Virus record (IMG/VR): IMGVR_UViG_3300034520_000378 | Direction: 5' to 3' (one strand) | Source: a virus | DNA: 64,000 nucleotides | Part shown: positions 29,801 through 37,446 of the stretch, piece after piece | Layout: each line of letters opens with the position of its first letter | How positions within the stretch are numbered: the first letter of the stretch is position 1 | Notes under the pieces: generated by a model | Told to the model about the DNA's origin: nothing | The model's input: only the letters and a program-made list of their open reading frames with translations | Databases searched by the model: none | Translations under genes and position numbers: made by a program

Positions 29801-29991
29801 GTGGTGTCGTAAAGCCCGCCGAGCGCTTCGGAGCCGTCACTGCAGCTCAACCAGCCGTTGCTGTCGACGATAAAAGACGGCTGGCCCTGTCCAAACCGTC
29901 TCCAGTAAAGCAGGATGCCAGACGGCAGCCCGAGTGCGTCCTTCATCCTATAGCATTTTGCGGTAACGGTATATGTAAACGAATAGCTCAT
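23884..29991 (-). CDS. 2,035-aa multidomain virion protein (LamG-like, 3 x FN3, vWA, CBM-like, Ig-like)
   Basis: FN3 units 'IEWTWND', 'IKWVWS' and 'VRWTWD'. vWA MIDAS motif 'DIIWIIDVSGSM...LVSDE'. C-terminal Big-1-like 'GLPVSGARV...TNPYGEFVTKYTA'. Confidence 0.75.
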   Translation of the reverse strand: MSYSFTYTVTAKCYRMKDALGLPSGILLYWRRFGQGQPSFIVDSNGWLSCSDGSEALGGLYDTTAVELMDYSVTVPVIIPQLKSGAVGIAFRVADASNYYCFLLDDGALGWQQNTRLIKVTNNTPRVLAETNVPVRSGDFVLIKVTLVSNRIRIEANGSVVFDYTDTDTPILNGSYGVATIKGSGVRFAGVYREAVLQTDVEASFTGTLDTSATDLANSQPVSSTTVYNMMKPYVDQRAAALGAAQDEFIVYAYTVRAADIFVQPYFKLSEPVVYTTTGNCYVWAYLKSTPRPPEVPTNFKGTVKNGYIEWTWNDVSAIETSYFVYNASGVRIAALPANTTLYTEPITDDGITVTRRLTAANNVGESQPVEASVFVPIQTPYPPSSFEGQALNISSIKWVWSSVGLADSYELIDEQGNVIAILPQGVTSYIEEGLLPGTLYTRGIRAMRKGTASPVVYASAETFGAAGLVNIEIPVLFEGTALSPRVVRWTWDHYGTVSGFILYDTAGTEIARLSADSRDYIEYNLEPGKTYTRILVAIDRRGYKSAPVMASVTLSDEFSEIECNVYTEDTPRFIPGFSSGIGDGTDLETFIKPAQPEAVVITRAVKRVEEVKEVPGSAKCAVRFGARGIEMAERDYGAYSLDLKLQPGADVDVSVSAEVYEPIPARWKVNGSVRYAEFVDQQFTYDLKVTYQDSSVIAPADIIWIIDVSGSMDDDVANIASNAQLFTDTLTQKNIDYRLGVVKYLADAKKVLYNGKDWATDSASFQAMVQSTVSVTSGEENGINAINFALTNYQFRDGAVKYFVLVSDEGARDMGSYDIPALISSLKASGVILTGIINPNDCNPYSQIAQETGGITLNITNSDWGSNLIAVVEDIRRSVIKTGTIPSLIGTAKGGFEYQPADAKTVDQIIADYIAQGGTELPQDFLTADYYTIQGYEVVIKSGSNVYAEVHGDMVVAKSGQVTVSTVPLSTSEFSIAELDRTASQSNPQGVDSSVSVSPPHAFHVKGYIDWTVSEKVDAKSDTVQKSSGCYLSPDGKVVWMRPLSYAQATFSVPSTSVAVQFRGSDHNDGFAVIYVDDVKVGEFYTKDTGDNFVLIWGLSSTVHTVRVESVYGDVHLDFFAGLNNVTPAAVSKLEALVSPNSYHLFEQVEVVSLDERSAVYAVNCGVSPIYAYPLVPFTTTTTWHFDDTVYKRDGLKVIADTAQLQPLGRDGNVYTGSDVTWKLTVNSITEGATVRWLNSASDTASTGDRVVASYEAELVKSFQGWASRAYPTSIGARAAFPDIDRYSKFVIVAELNGDPNVYAELSPAGIEIWSGSMAEFAAADGYVTVLAESYAVPRKRTWRGPYKVIDICGTAELPVDLVLPDSAQVSEYFFEVDNPAVDARFKNSGGSTTTDKDDVLVLSYDKTVVVKSYTELYGPPAVQKVKLPSAEEPIKLIGFKPNWEADSYACLPLGAGIEIRVNRVADIPGTPFVAIDATAVVDAPEAHKWIPTSKNGFYYVNGEERFLYGRSDVSGSESGVPLIPVYAEVRAVISTGEAAEERSMAFCGTVPADGEWHRLLDDICLDAFIKYGLISSDETERISEFAVGRVYPEGVALVRCSSGGTGYIEACIVRGIVSRNTAFLGDNMTAVVYPTPQGLAPVTAMLQDGTPLKYVRFKNGDDYFSLDCVETIRGFGEQYVYLAYPDIDPDTVSIRFKPDRSERWFSISRFRLCANMLILPVRVLKYDIVEVSYRVMDSFTIDPTAPEGGATIKVHSKKAKPGDPVIVHYETSHDGLHAWDEVSLNPLDLYISKGFLKIKRTDVELGAKRLVINIAPSAVTPGRDREAYIHIHACYADGSPAAGTTIDITTRNGVSTVTTDLGGNASLYLPLWEIEGGISVSCDTGTVNINIPVTDAAPTAVCIAEVDSDKLEPGWSTNVKVRVLKNGLPVSGARVVVTSDCGTIEQPFGVTNPYGEFVTKYTASNTQNVRDIIRATSPDNLFEEAVAAVFIGGDAPISGIVNNRIQDLSDSLTIDDCARYTIDTLATTPPELL

Positions 29992-31058
29992 GCTTCAACA
30001 GACCTCCAGAAGCCATGCGTTGCTGCGTCGTATATGTTCTCGAGCAGGGAATACGCCCCTGCATCCCAGAACGCATCGCCCCATATAAAGTGTCCCCACT
30101 TGACCGGGACGGCGCGGTCTATCTCTTCCTTCAGCCGCACCGCATTTTCGGATGGCGTACCATCCTTCTTGTAAAGCAGTGCGACAACTTCGGGATCGTC
30201 ATTGGTTGATAAGTCCTGCAGTTTAACACCGTAAGCGTATAAAACGTGCCTTTGTTGGCCAGCGTACTCCTCTCTGCCGAGCAGGCATACTTGACCGTTG
30301 TCTCCAACTATGAAGTCGCCTTCCTCAACCGGCTCATAGTCCACCATTATCGTTTCCGGGAGCACGTACCTGTGCGGGATGATAAAGTCAGTCCCGCCAT
30401 CATGCCATGTAGCTTCGGTATACAGTCCCAGTTCCTTCGCAATGCCTCTTAACAGCCCGCGTTTCGAGGCGTCATGACTTAGCCGCGATGCTGCATACAA
30501 CCTCAGTCTGTACGAATGATTGTCTTCACCGGGAAGCCTGGGGGTGGAAAGGAGAATGCCGAGCTCGTCAAGCGTGTTCCACAGCTGCTGCTTGGAAAGC
30601 GTGATGTCTACCGAGGCAATCTGGCGTCCGTCAGCATTGGTTATAAGCACGGTCAGCTTGTTGTCATATGGCGCCATCGTGTAGACCGCCCTGTCTGCGC
30701 GATCCACGTATGCAATATCGTGCGTGTATAGGTGTGGTGTACTAAGCTCCGGTACGCTGGACACGAGGAAGGTCCATATATCGTCCACGACCCTTAAAAC
30801 TCTGCCCTGGCCGTGCAGAGTAAACTTAAAGTCGGGCTCAAAGCACACGGCTGGCAGTCGGCCCATATAACACACGTACGGCTGGTTATCCGGAGCGGTC
30901 TTTAGGTACTTTGACAGCGCAGCGTATTCAGCAGTGGATTCATACTCGTCCAGTATGCTGCCGAACACGTCTATCAACTGCCAGCCGGCACTGTTTTTGT
31001 CATACCTCATCCTAAACCATGACGGAAGCTTGGCGCGTATCTTGTCAGCTGTGGACAT
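29988..31058 (-). CDS. Baseplate wedge-like protein
   Basis: 'LPSWF' and 'WNTLDELG...RLPGEDNHSYRLRL...GLLRGIAKELG'. Confidence 0.6.
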   Translation of the reverse strand: MSTADKIRAKLPSWFRMRYDKNSAGWQLIDVFGSILDEYESTAEYAALSKYLKTAPDNQPYVCYMGRLPAVCFEPDFKFTLHGQGRVLRVVDDIWTFLVSSVPELSTPHLYTHDIAYVDRADRAVYTMAPYDNKLTVLITNADGRQIASVDITLSKQQLWNTLDELGILLSTPRLPGEDNHSYRLRLYAASRLSHDASKRGLLRGIAKELGLYTEATWHDGGTDFIIPHRYVLPETIMVDYEPVEEGDFIVGDNGQVCLLGREEYAGQQRHVLYAYGVKLQDLSTNDDPEVVALLYKKDGTPSENAVRLKEEIDRAVPVKWGHFIWGDAFWDAGAYSLLENIYDAATHGFWRSVEA

Positions 31059-31091
31059 ACCGGCAATTCTCCTTTCCTGAAGCGTGTTTGA

Positions 31092-31445
31092 TTATGGACG
31101 GAAGACCTGGCCTATTGCTTCATGCACATTGCTTGCGATCTCCCTGCCGTAATCTTTAATTGCCGAACCAATGTTGCGCTTAGCCAGAGCGGCTGCATCG
31201 CTCAACAACATTCGCTTTACCTGTCCTCCAGGTTGCGGTACGTTAATTACTGTAAAGCCATTAACCCTCCTAGGATCCGCAAACTTCCATGCGCCGCCTA
31301 TTGCAGCGCCAGCACCAGCACCCAATACAGCGCCTGTGACAAAACCGCCAAACCTGTGTCCCTCTCCAGCGGTTAAGGCGCCAATGGTACCGCCGGCTAT
31401 GCCGCCTATGATGGCGTTTGCGGCTATCACGTTTAGCCTGGCCAT
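31092..31445 (-). CDS. Glycine-zipper membrane protein, paralog 3
   Basis: 'MARLN..AIIGGIAGGTIGALTA..FGGFVTGAVLGAGAGAAIGG'. Confidence 0.75.
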   Translation of the reverse strand: MARLNVIAANAIIGGIAGGTIGALTAGEGHRFGGFVTGAVLGAGAGAAIGGAWKFADPRRVNGFTVINVPQPGGQVKRMLLSDAAALAKRNIGSAIKDYGREIASNVHEAIGQVFRP

Positions 31446-31493
31446 CTCCTTACCCCCTTTGCTGTGCTAAGGCATAAGCCCCTTCTCTTATCG

Positions 31494-31502
31494 TATATTA
31501 CC
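31494..31502 (-). promoter_or_regulatory. Candidate phage late promoter motif GGTAATATA
   Basis: One of three intergenic copies of GGTARTATA. It lies downstream of a hairpin and about 49 nt upstream of a start codon. Confidence 0.5.
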
Positions 31503-31510
31503 TGTTAAAG

Positions 31511-31542
31511 CACAAACAGGAGAGCCGTTGCGACTCTCCCGT
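31511..31542 (-). terminator. Rho-independent terminator
   Basis: Minus strand reads ACGGGAGAGTCG-CAA-CGGCTCTCCTGT-TTGTGCTTT. Confidence 0.65.
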
Positions 31543-31635
31543 CTGCGCTGCACCTGTTTAATCCTACCAATGTTGAGTTTATATCATTCCCGCCTGCTTT
31601 GCCTGATTCAACACATTAGGGTTTATGGTTACCTT

Positions 31636-31881
31636 TCAAAGCGGTGTCGTGCCAATAACCTTGTTTGCTGCGCTTCCACGGCCTGCCAGCACGCTCTTGC
31701 CTACACCGTACAGGTATCCACCTATGCCGCCCATGATTGCGCCAGCCATTGCACCGCCTGCAAAGCCGCTGAGCCTTTCGCCGGGCTGTGCCGTCAGCGC
31801 GCCTATCGTGCCAAGCGTCACGCCACCAATCAAAGCACCAAGCACGGTCTTGTTAGCGGCTATCTTGTTGAGTGCTGCCAT
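31636..31881 (-). CDS. Glycine-zipper membrane protein, paralog 2
   Basis: 'MAALNK..VLGALIGGVTLGTIGALTA..FAGGAMAGAIMGGIGG'. GGGAGGG RBS before ATG 31881. Confidence 0.75.
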   Translation of the reverse strand: MAALNKIAANKTVLGALIGGVTLGTIGALTAQPGERLSGFAGGAMAGAIMGGIGGYLYGVGKSVLAGRGSAANKVIGTTPL

Positions 31882-31907
31882 TAGCGTACCCTCCCGGTGG
31901 GAGCGCC

Positions 31908-32111
31908 TTAAGCCGCGTTGTGGAGGAAAACCAGGAACGGCCCGACCATCGCACCACCAACAGCGCCGTACCCGAAGTACTTCCACCGATTTTCCGGCTC
32001 GTCGCCGATTTCTGCACCAATCAAGCCTATTGTGCCATATATAGCACTGCCTGCTAGCGCGCTTAACAGGTATTTGTATGTGTTGGACGATATACTATTG
32101 AGCGATGCCAC
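31908..32111 (-). CDS. Glycine-zipper membrane protein, paralog 1
   Basis: 'MASLN..LAGSAIYGTIGLIGA..FGYGAVGGAMVG'. AGGAG RBS. Confidence 0.7.
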   Translation of the reverse strand: MASLNSISSNTYKYLLSALAGSAIYGTIGLIGAEIGDEPENRWKYFGYGAVGGAMVGPFLVFLHNAA

Positions 32112-32127
32112 CCGGCGCTCCTCTCTC

Positions 32128-34188
32128 CTATGCTACGCAGTATGATACAAGTATCACGGAACCCGGCCCCGGCGCCACGTTGAACGTTATGGTCCGGCCG
32201 CTCATTGTGTAGTCATTGTCAGCACCTTTGTTCATGAGCAGGCCGTTCACGAACACTTCCTCGCTGTCCTCAACTATGTCTTCAGGCAGGGTGAATACAT
32301 TGTTTACGCCGTCTATAACCCCGTCCGGTTTCACTCTTACCCTCCTGTTTACACTGCTGCTACCGGTTGCTTTGAGGATTACCCTCTTGTTAGTACTATC
32401 TACCTCTACCTGCATGCCATCACCGATGACTATCTCCAGCACGTCGGTTTTATTGGCCGCCTGTATGACATAGTTTCCTATCTTGACAGCAGAGAACGCG
32501 TTCTGGTTGGGTTCAGCATAGGTTTGGACAGTATCGAGCTTGGCTTTGTCGATGGCAGACATCAGCCCTGCAGTCTGGGATGTTGCAAGTCCTGGGCGAC
32601 CCTGTATTTCTTCCCACTTGACGTTATCCCAGCCTATACTCCCGGGCGTGCTCCCCGCTTTCAATACCTTGCCGCCGTTTGTAGTGCCGGTAGCGGGAAC
32701 GTGCAGATATCCATCACCTGTCGGGTGCTCATACTGATAAGAACATACTTTGTGCGTTGGGTGAACGTACCTGTTTGCGCCAAACTCTATGCTGTCGAGC
32801 TTGGCTTTGTCCTGGGGCGACATAAAGCCCGCCATGCTCTGAGTAGCTGTTGCGTGAGCGTTTCCGTTTGTTCCGATGTGCTCTACAGGCGCAAATCTAC
32901 CCTGCGCCCACTCCCGGGTAGCGAGGGTCTCTAAGCTTTCCCCTATGCCCAGCTTGAACTTGTCGTCGGATTCGTCAAACAAGAGCTTGGCGTCTTCAAG
33001 CTGGCCGCGGTCGACAGCTATCCCCGCAGTGCCTGCCGTTACGCCTTGACCCTGCTCACCTTCGTTTAGTATAATGGTGTTGTCGGATGTTGTTACGGTT
33101 TCCGTGTTAACCTGGAATACGGTACCCTGGAATGTGGCGTCACCGTTGACAACGAGATTGCCTACTGTAGCAGTCCCGGTAATGTTTGCGTTGCCGGTAA
33201 CATTAACACCCGGCGCTGTGATGTTTATCTCTTTCTGTGATGCCAGGTTTATCTTTGCGTTAGGCCCGTCTGTGTGAATATCAATGTTTGCATCTGTATA
33301 CTCCGGGGTGTATATCTCTACATGCGCCTCGGAGCTTATTTTTGTCTCGCCGGCGCCGGTCGTCTTTATGTCTATCGTCTGGTTCGGCTCAGCCTGTACC
33401 TTTACCTTTGCCTCTTCAGTTCCGAGTATCGGCGTGGAGCCTATATACAGCGTGTTTGTGGACAGGTATGCCTCTTCGACGTATATTGCCTTGAACTTGG
33501 CTGATGGACTACCAATGTTCTGTACACCGTTTTGCGCTGGTAGGATGTCTCCGGTGACGGTCAGGTTACCCTGCACGCCCAGATCGCCTTCCATTGTGTC
33601 GCCGGCTTTGTTGAGCGGCGTGAAGTTCATCTGCGTCAGCTCGGCGATCTTGTTCTTCTCCTCGGTCGTCACAAACCTGTGCTGGTCGTCCTCTTCAATC
33701 ATCGATGCAGGATGTGTGGGCGGGTGAACGTATTTGTTAGCCCCGTATTCGACCGACGCAAGCTTTATCTTCTCTTCGTCTGTGAAGGTGTTTGTGTTGG
33801 GGTTTGCTTCGTAGAGCGCCTTGACCTCGGCCGGAGAAAGCAGACTGTCGCCGCTGTTGATGGTCACAAACCCCGCCCCGGCACCTTCAATCCTGAGGAT
33901 TACTTCGTCCCCCTTCTGCAGAGGCTCGTTAAACATGATTGTCGTGCTGTTTAGCTCGATGTAGCCGCCATCCTCGCCCGCTCTCTGCAGGACGCCGTTG
34001 ACGAACACTTTAAGCTGACCAGAGCCAGTGGTGAACGGCTTTTCAACTGTAATCATTCGCTGCCCGTCGACTGCTTTTACTATCTGCTGGAAGGGCTGCG
34101 ACATTCCCGTCAGCTGTTCGCCTAAGTGCTCATAATCAGGGGAACTTGCCTTGATCTGTTTTAGAGGAATCTTGCCTATCTTTGCCAT
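32128..34188 (-). CDS. Tail fibre protein
   Basis: Fibre motifs 'YVHPPTHPASMI', 'LNKAGDTMEG', 'DNTIILN...GIAVDRG' and 'AGFMSPQDKAKLD'. VFVNG modules at both ends. Confidence 0.8.
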   Translation of the reverse strand: MAKIGKIPLKQIKASSPDYEHLGEQLTGMSQPFQQIVKAVDGQRMITVEKPFTTGSGQLKVFVNGVLQRAGEDGGYIELNSTTIMFNEPLQKGDEVILRIEGAGAGFVTINSGDSLLSPAEVKALYEANPNTNTFTDEEKIKLASVEYGANKYVHPPTHPASMIEEDDQHRFVTTEEKNKIAELTQMNFTPLNKAGDTMEGDLGVQGNLTVTGDILPAQNGVQNIGSPSAKFKAIYVEEAYLSTNTLYIGSTPILGTEEAKVKVQAEPNQTIDIKTTGAGETKISSEAHVEIYTPEYTDANIDIHTDGPNAKINLASQKEINITAPGVNVTGNANITGTATVGNLVVNGDATFQGTVFQVNTETVTTSDNTIILNEGEQGQGVTAGTAGIAVDRGQLEDAKLLFDESDDKFKLGIGESLETLATREWAQGRFAPVEHIGTNGNAHATATQSMAGFMSPQDKAKLDSIEFGANRYVHPTHKVCSYQYEHPTGDGYLHVPATGTTNGGKVLKAGSTPGSIGWDNVKWEEIQGRPGLATSQTAGLMSAIDKAKLDTVQTYAEPNQNAFSAVKIGNYVIQAANKTDVLEIVIGDGMQVEVDSTNKRVILKATGSSSVNRRVRVKPDGVIDGVNNVFTLPEDIVEDSEEVFVNGLLMNKGADNDYTMSGRTITFNVAPGPGSVILVSYCVA

Positions 34189-34262
34189 AGACCTCTGCGC
34201 GACGAACGCATGCCCTCCTTCTGTAGGATTTTAGGCAGTGGATAAACAAAGTCCACGTTATC

Positions 34263-34400
34263 TCAATTATTCTCCCCTGCCAGCACTTCTTGGACCACTT
34301 CCTTCAGGTTTAAGAGCTGGGGCACCTGTTCGATGGAATACTTTCCTTCCTTTATATACCTCACCCATAACCTTACAAGAGCGCTTTCTGGTGTGAACAT
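34263..34400 (-). CDS. 45-aa tail-fibre assembly-type protein (XkdX/CD1375-like), below the ORF-track cutoff
   Basis: Manually translated as MFTPESALVRLWVRYIKEGKYSIEQVPQLLNLKEVVQEVLAGENN. GGAGGT RBS, with a TAATG stop/start overlap. Confidence 0.7.
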   Translation of the reverse strand: MFTPESALVRLWVRYIKEGKYSIEQVPQLLNLKEVVQEVLAGENN

Positions 34401-34687
34401 TATTGTACACCTCCAACTGCCATGGAAAGTTCAAGCAGCGCCCGCTCAAGCTGCTGAATCCTCTCTTCCAATGTGAGCGGCCTGTCGGCGTATTCATACC
34501 ACATTTCCTTGGTTGTAGGGTTAATGTATAGCACCGCCATTTTGCCGTCTACTTCTTGCGGTTCTGGTATTTCAGCAACTTCAATTCCCTGTTCGCGCAA
34601 CGCGGCGGGCAGTTGTTCAGGCATATAATGTATTAGAGTTACCCTGCCGCGATTTGTGTTTTCCTGTTCATAGAATACTAAAGGCAT
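34400..34687 (-). CDS. Tail-fibre assembly/chaperone-type protein
   Basis: 'IPEPQ..GKMAVLYINPTTKEMWYEY..LTLEERIQQLERALLELS'. AAGGAGGT RBS. Confidence 0.7.
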   Translation of the reverse strand: MPLVFYEQENTNRGRVTLIHYMPEQLPAALREQGIEVAEIPEPQEVDGKMAVLYINPTTKEMWYEYADRPLTLEERIQQLERALLELSMAVGGVQ

Positions 34688-34710
34688 ATATATCATACCT
34701 CCTTGTTGAG

Positions 34711-35793
34711 TTACCAGCAGTGCGGGAAGGCACCACAGAGTCCTGGATCTACTGCTACGGAGTAGACAGCGGCGCCAAGAGAATACGACCATACTTGGCT
34801 ACCACTAGGAGTGAGTTTGCGGACGAAAACACCACTACCAGCATATACATATCCATCAGGGTCTACTGCTACGGAGTTGACATTGTAGCTAGCATTATAC
34901 GACCATACTTGGCTACCACTAGGAGTGAGTTTGCGGACGTAGCTACCACTACCAGCATATACATATCCATCAGGGTCTACTGCTACGGAGTTGACATTGT
35001 AGCCAGCATTATACCACCATACTTGGCTACCACTAGGAGTGAGTTTGCGGACGAAAACACCACTACCAGCATATACATATCCATCAGGGTCTACTGCTAC
35101 GGAGTTGACATTGTAGCTAGCATTATACGACCATACTTGGCTACCACTAGGAGTGAGTTTGCGGACGTAGCTACCACTACCAGCATATACATATCCATCA
35201 GGGTCTACTGCTACGGAGTTGACATTGTAGCCAGCATTATACCACCATACTTGGCTACCACTAGGAGTGAGTTTGCGGACGAAAGTACCACTACCAGCAT
35301 ATACATAGAAATCATTAAACGAATGTACTAACCACTGTGCCCCATTCCACCAATAGCTCTTTACCCATTCCCATTCCGTGCCGGTCCGGCGCCGCACAAA
35401 GCCAAGAAATACCCAGATATCAAGAGTACTTGGACAAGAGACAGAAGCATCACCAGCAGTAGCTCCTACGAAACCGTAAAACTTGAGGTTATAAGCGTTG
35501 GTATAAGTCTCAGGTGGAGCATTCGGTGCGTCAGTATCCACCCTCTTTGGTATGAACTTGATCCAGAAGTCGCCTTCGCTTGGATCTGTCGGCTCTTCGG
35601 CTTGAAAGTATACCTTATTCGGTTGATTATCTGTACATACCCAAATGTCATACAGAGACGGATTGGGCGGTTCGGTGCTTGAGAACGTCATCTTGACAGT
35701 CCGCCCGGTAATGCCGCTTGAGGGAGGAGTAGCAGAACGCCCTCCTCCCAGCAAGCCATGAAGCATCAAATCGGGACGTGTGTGTTTAAGCAT
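34711..35793 (-). CDS. Receptor-binding protein with a 5-repeat beta-propeller
   Basis: Fibre-type N-terminus ('EPPNPSLYDIW', 'EPTDPSEGDFW') followed by five 38-aa SBBP/PQQ-like blades 'VRKLTPSGSQVW...SVAVDPDGYVYAGS'. Confidence 0.8.
   Translation of the reverse strand: MLKHTRPDLMLHGLLGGGRSATPPSSGITGRTVKMTFSSTEPPNPSLYDIWVCTDNQPNKVYFQAEEPTDPSEGDFWIKFIPKRVDTDAPNAPPETYTNAYNLKFYGFVGATAGDASVSCPSTLDIWVFLGFVRRRTGTEWEWVKSYWWNGAQWLVHSFNDFYVYAGSGTFVRKLTPSGSQVWWYNAGYNVNSVAVDPDGYVYAGSGSYVRKLTPSGSQVWSYNASYNVNSVAVDPDGYVYAGSGVFVRKLTPSGSQVWWYNAGYNVNSVAVDPDGYVYAGSGSYVRKLTPSGSQVWSYNASYNVNSVAVDPDGYVYAGSGVFVRKLTPSGSQVWSYSLGAAVYSVAVDPGLCGAFPHCW
34748..35307. repeat. Intragenic tandem repeat, about 5 x 114 bp, with ABAB (228 bp) higher-order structure
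   Basis: GGAGTGAGTTTGCGGACG recurs at 34808, 34922, 35036, 35150 and 35264. Confidence 0.97.
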
Positions 35794-36076
35794 TACGTGC
35801 TACCTCACTTTCCAGCTCACCGTCGGCATTATAGACAAGGTCGTATACTATCTCCTTCAGCAGCTCGCCCTCGGGACTGTAGTATTTGACCCTGCGTTCA
35901 GCGTATTGAGGTGGCGTACCGCCAGAAAGCTCTGACGTCTTAAAGAGCGAGCCATCTGGGCGGCGCCACTCCACCAGGGTATATACCCCATGGCTGTCCT
36001 TGTTCTGACAGATTACGCTCATTTCTTCGCCAGCTACTGTTAAATGTGTCATTAGCGATTCAAATGTGCGTGGCAT
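35786..36076 (-). CDS. Hypothetical tail-associated protein
   Basis: 'KDSHGVYTLVEWRRPDGSL...YDLVYNADGELESEV', within the fibre cassette. Confidence 0.65.
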   Translation of the reverse strand: MPRTFESLMTHLTVAGEEMSVICQNKDSHGVYTLVEWRRPDGSLFKTSELSGGTPPQYAERRVKYYSPEGELLKEIVYDLVYNADGELESEVARNA

Positions 36077-36108
36077 TATGAATCAGCTCCCGTTTGAGAG
36101 TGCGGATT

Positions 36109-36288
36109 TTACAGTTTCGGCTTCCAGCGCTGGTGTACAAATGGTACCCAGCTGAGGGGGAACTTGCGCGCAGGCCCGATATTGCCTTGTGATGGGAGCG
36201 CACCATCTTCTTTAGCCATTTCCGAACGCACGCCAAGGAAGTAGTCGCCTACTTTTCTAGTAGACGGCCCGGTATTAAAGATATCCAC
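36109..36288 (-). CDS. Possible 59-aa hypothetical protein
   Basis: An open frame from GTG to TAA fills most of the gap, but there is no clear RBS. Confidence 0.35.
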   Translation of the reverse strand: MDIFNTGPSTRKVGDYFLGVRSEMAKEDGALPSQGNIGPARKFPLSWVPFVHQRWKPKL

Positions 36289-36291
36289 TAT

Positions 36292-36684
36292 CTACTTGAG
36301 CTTTAAAGCCATGATTTCAATTGTAAACGACATAGCAGCAGTGGGCTTGATGCGCAGGTAAATGTTATTGCTCTCCGTAGTGCACACATATGGCAAGTCA
36401 AGTACGTCATAGAGTTCGCCGGATGCGGGCAGGGAAGCATACTCGACGCGGCCGTCAGTTTCCGCCGTCAATATCTCCACTTCAAACGTATCAGCTGCGT
36501 TGTCTGATGTAACTCTGATTGTCTTGATGAGCACCTTTTGAACGCCAGCCGGTACCGCCACTATTGATGCGGTATCAGCAGGGATTTCTTGCGTTGTGGT
36601 GTTTAACACAATCAGCTCCATATCCCCACCTCCGATTCCGGCCGCGGCCAGCTGCGCTTTGAGCAAGTCAAGCGTACGAGGCAT
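36292..36684 (-). CDS. Hypothetical beta-sandwich structural protein
   Basis: 130 aa, translationally coupled to the upstream ORF. Confidence 0.65.
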   Translation of the reverse strand: MPRTLDLLKAQLAAAGIGGGDMELIVLNTTTQEIPADTASIVAVPAGVQKVLIKTIRVTSDNAADTFEVEILTAETDGRVEYASLPASGELYDVLDLPYVCTTESNNIYLRIKPTAAMSFTIEIMALKLK

Positions 36685-36887
36685 TATCCATCAACCCCTG
36701 TTTCTTCAACCTCGATCTGTTCGTCGCTTGCCCCCATGACTAACTTCAAGAAATTCATGCACTCGTCAACGGAAGCAAAGTCTTCCCCTGTAAACGGGTT
36801 GAATTGCTGGATGAGGAACGTATTGCCGTTATCGTCAACACCATATACGACATACTTGCCGTTTTCGGAAGCTATCTGAAAAGACAT
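36684..36887 (-). CDS. Small fibre-associated protein
   Basis: 'IQQFNPFTGEDFASVDEC'. GGGAGG RBS. Confidence 0.65.
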   Translation of the reverse strand: MSFQIASENGKYVVYGVDDNGNTFLIQQFNPFTGEDFASVDECMNFLKLVMGASDEQIEVEETGVDG

Positions 36888-36902
36888 ATCTTAAAACCTC
36901 CC

Positions 36903-37433
36903 CTATCTAGGAATGAGACCGGCCGGCATGACTTCAATAGTCAGCGCCAGCTGGCTGCCGTCATCGGTGGTAACGGTGAGATAGTGAGTACCTGTAACCA
37001 GCGGCGTGCCAGTGATGTAATAGCCGTCGCTGGATATGCTTAAGGAAGTTGGCAGGGCGGGCGAAATGCTCTGAATGCGCTTTTTGTTGGCAGCACCGAA
37101 GGCGATTTGGCACGGCCGCCCCGCAACGACGCGGAAGTAGAGTTCGCCGAGACCGCCTTGTCCAAGTTTCAGCAGGTCAGTCTTAGTAACACCTGTTACC
37201 GGTATCGCTGTTGGTTGTTCTGACACCATTACCGTATCATCTCTTAGAACATATGACGTCAGTCCCGCGCTTATAGTTACAGGATATTTGACAGGTTCAG
37301 CAGCAGGAGCCGCGCACAAAGCAGCCCCTGCTTTGTGTATATATCCATCGCCCGTTTCAAGCATCCGTGCAGGTTCGGCATGACTATGACCGAAATTGTA
37401 TGTGAGACTATCCGTATCGTGAACTATCGGCAT
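36903..37433 (-). CDS. Protein with a C-terminal putative Ig (He_PIG-like) domain
   Basis: 'LPTSLSISSDGYYITGTPLVTGTHYLTVT'. Confidence 0.65.
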   Translation of the reverse strand: MPIVHDTDSLTYNFGHSHAEPARMLETGDGYIHKAGAALCAAPAAEPVKYPVTISAGLTSYVLRDDTVMVSEQPTAIPVTGVTKTDLLKLGQGGLGELYFRVVAGRPCQIAFGAANKKRIQSISPALPTSLSISSDGYYITGTPLVTGTHYLTVTTDDGSQLALTIEVMPAGLIPR

Positions 37434-37446
37434 GCGGTACTCCTCC

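Noticed and set aside
31445-31636. ncRNA or tRNA in the largest intergenic gap
   Set aside because: No cloverleaf or known riboswitch pattern. The gap is mostly explained by the terminator, promoter motif and RBS.
34748-35307. CRISPR array
   Set aside because: The units are contiguous 114-bp in-frame coding repeats with no unique spacers, and there is no cas operon.
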